Below, piece by piece: positions 57,164-58,980 of a DNA stretch of 58,980 nucleotides. The translations under genes and the position numbers were made by a program. Under the pieces are notes generated by a model. The model did no database searches. It was not told where the DNA came from and saw only the letters and a program-made list of their open reading frames with translations. Within the stretch, counting starts at the first letter, position 1. Each line of letters opens with the position of its first letter. Origin of the DNA: a virus (Duplodnaviria; Caudoviricetes); IMG/VR virus record IMGVR_UViG_3300046804_001768, positions 1 to 58,980 of that record; one strand, given 5' to 3'.

Positions 57164-58978
57164 TTAGACGTTAATATACGAGAATCCGTCCTCCCGTTTG
57201 ATTTCAATTACCTTGTCCACCATATCCCGTGCGGTGTCCAAGTGACTGATAAGGATAATAAAATCGAATTGAGACTTCAGAATACCCATCATTGTCCCCA
57301 TCGCACTGAGATTTTCTGGGTCCAAGGTACCCAATCCTTCGTCAATAATCATAAAGTTGGGCTTCGGGAGATTGGAAGCGTTCAACAGTGCCACCCGAAT
57401 GGCGAGACTACTGATGAATCGTTCCATACCCGACGAGTTTTCCAACGGCCAGATACGTTCGTGGTCGTAGTTCAACTTCCCAAGGATATTCTTCCCGTCT
57501 ACTTCCAACGAAATCGTGAACTCCACAATCTGGGTCAGAATATTGTTAATCTCCGATTCAATTGCAGGGATAGCACGGGACATCAGTTCATACGGAATAC
57601 CGTCACGACCAACTGCTTCCATATAGTACTTGTAAGCCTCGTAGGTATCTTCCAGTTCTTCGGCTTCCTTAATTTGATTGAGGATATCAGTCTTGGACGC
57701 TTCCAATACCTTGATTTCTCCGTGGAGTTCCCGAAGTTGCTTTTCCAACTTGTCCATTGTTTTCTTGTTTACGGCAATATCGTACTCTACGTGACTGATG
57801 TGTTCATCAATCTCACGATTATGTTTGATATTTCCTTCGTTTGTCAGATAGGATTGAATATCGTTTTTCGTCTGTTCTGCGGTACGGTCACACTTTTCAA
57901 TCGTGGTAATCAACTTCTGAATTTCTAGCTCAACCCCACTTGCTTTCTTCTGGAGTTGTTGGACTTCGGTTTGTAACTTCTCGTAGTTAGCACAGAGATT
58001 GACCTTCTCAACCAACGGTTCCATTTGAACCTTGATTTGTTCCACTGCCTCTTCCTGCTTACTTTGTAGTTCGTACAGTTCACTCAGTTCGTGGGTGACT
58101 TGTTCCATATCGTCAATCACGGACTTATTGTTTTCTACGCAGACGTTGCAATCTGGATTGTACTTGTAACTTTCCAGTTTACCCTTAAACTTTTCCTTCT
58201 CCGACACCTTGGAGGTGGTGAGTTTGAGTGCCGATGTTCCCTTGTTCAGTAAGGTAGATAACTTATTATATTCCTCTACTGATTTCCGAAGTTCTGGGAT
58301 ATTGGCGTCAATCACTTGTTGGGTTTGTTCCCTGATAGTATTATTGATTTCTTCCAATCGTCCTTCTGCCTTCAACTTTTCTTCGGTATACTTGACTATT
58401 AACGTATTTGTTTTTTGAAGGTCAGACCGTAATACGTCAATATCTAACGTGATATTCGGTACTGGACGCTTCTGACTCTGCCATTCCCGTAACTTGACAT
58501 CCAACATATCCCGTTCTTCTTTAATATCATCGACAATCCCTTCCACCCGTTGGTGATTGACTTTAGTATCTTCAAGTTTTGTCTGTGTTTCTGCTAGAAG
58601 TTGACCGAAATCAATCTTCTTGAACTTTTTCAACGCACCAGTAAGCTCCTTACTCTCTTCATTCGCCTCATCAAATAACTTATCAAACACATTCAGCCCC
58701 ATAAACTGAATGAGTAAGTCCTTTCGTTCAGAATGAGACTTGTCAATAAAGAGTGCGTTCCCCGTCTGACTACTGAGTGTGGTCAATACGAAATCTTCAT
58801 AACTGCCAACATAGTTACGAATGTTAGCATTAGTGTCCCGGCGGTCTTCACCGTTCAACGAAGTGTGGGTTCCGTCTGGATTCTCCTTCCAGAATGATAC
58901 GTCTACCTTGACATCTCCACCCTTCTTACGATTACCAATACGGCGGATATAATAGATTTCTTGATTGATTTCAAACTT
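57164..58978 (-). CDS. SbcC/Rad50 (T4 gp46-like) recombination ATPase, partial (5' end outside window)
   Basis: Coiled coil with a CNVC zinc hook, signature SSGME, Walker B IIDEG and ISH. The frame is open to the window end. Confidence 0.9.
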   Translation of the reverse strand, partial: KFEINQEIYYIRRIGNRKKGGDVKVDVSFWKENPDGTHTSLNGEDRRDTNANIRNYVGSYEDFVLTTLSSQTGNALFIDKSHSERKDLLIQFMGLNVFDKLFDEANEESKELTGALKKFKKIDFGQLLAETQTKLEDTKVNHQRVEGIVDDIKEERDMLDVKLREWQSQKRPVPNITLDIDVLRSDLQKTNTLIVKYTEEKLKAEGRLEEINNTIREQTQQVIDANIPELRKSVEEYNKLSTLLNKGTSALKLTTSKVSEKEKFKGKLESYKYNPDCNVCVENNKSVIDDMEQVTHELSELYELQSKQEEAVEQIKVQMEPLVEKVNLCANYEKLQTEVQQLQKKASGVELEIQKLITTIEKCDRTAEQTKNDIQSYLTNEGNIKHNREIDEHISHVEYDIAVNKKTMDKLEKQLRELHGEIKVLEASKTDILNQIKEAEELEDTYEAYKYYMEAVGRDGIPYELMSRAIPAIESEINNILTQIVEFTISLEVDGKNILGKLNYDHERIWPLENSSGMERFISSLAIRVALLNASNLPKPNFMIIDEGLGTLDPENLSAMGTMMGILKSQFDFIILISHLDTARDMVDKVIEIKREDGFSYINV

Positions 58979-58980
58979 CA

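Noticed and set aside
57242-57928. 228-aa plus-strand ORF
   Set aside because: Antisense to the conserved gp46/SbcC C-terminus, with no recognisable motifs.
1-58980. Stop-codon reassignment (alternative genetic code)
   Set aside because: Core genes (capsid, portal, terminase, sheath) are full length and tightly packed under the standard code.
1-58980. tRNA or rRNA genes
   Set aside because: Intergenic gaps are short, and no cloverleaf or T-loop signature was recognised by eye. A tRNAscan run would be needed to be certain.

Overview
This window is a 59-kb segment of a large T4-like (contractile-tailed) dsDNA phage genome, and essentially all real genes lie on the minus strand. In transcription order (high to low coordinates) it holds: an SbcC/gp46-like ATPase (partial), a KxDG/HIGH nucleotidyltransferase fusion, large terminase, a run of small probably head-packaged proteins, portal, prohead protease, an HExxH metallopeptidase, ribosomal protein bS21, scaffold, major capsid, neck, tail terminator, sheath and tube. 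Next come about 16 kb of Ser/Thr/Gly-rich, collagen-like fibre or decoration genes, two multidomain glycosyltransferase/methyltransferase genes (one with an AAH/TibC-like heptosyltransferase domain), a 2OG-Fe(II) oxygenase, mini-collagens, an SNF2 helicase, a tail chaperone pair, tape measure, baseplate genes and an M23-peptidase baseplate protein (partial). The most notable signals are: (1) a GC-rich 29-bp repeat, conserved even at synonymous sites, that divides a tail-fibre gene into unique in-frame cassettes; (2) a candidate virion O-glycosylation system, with glycosyltransferases beside structural proteins saturated with [S/T]-[G/A/S]-S and Gly-X-[S/T] motifs; (3) a probable +1/-2 frameshift at a U7 run in the tail chaperone; (4) a TAYTTATA motif upstream of genes, the reverse complement of the T4 late promoter; (5) bS21 in a phage that uses strong Shine-Dalgarno sites. 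All annotations come from recognising motifs by eye; no database searches were run.
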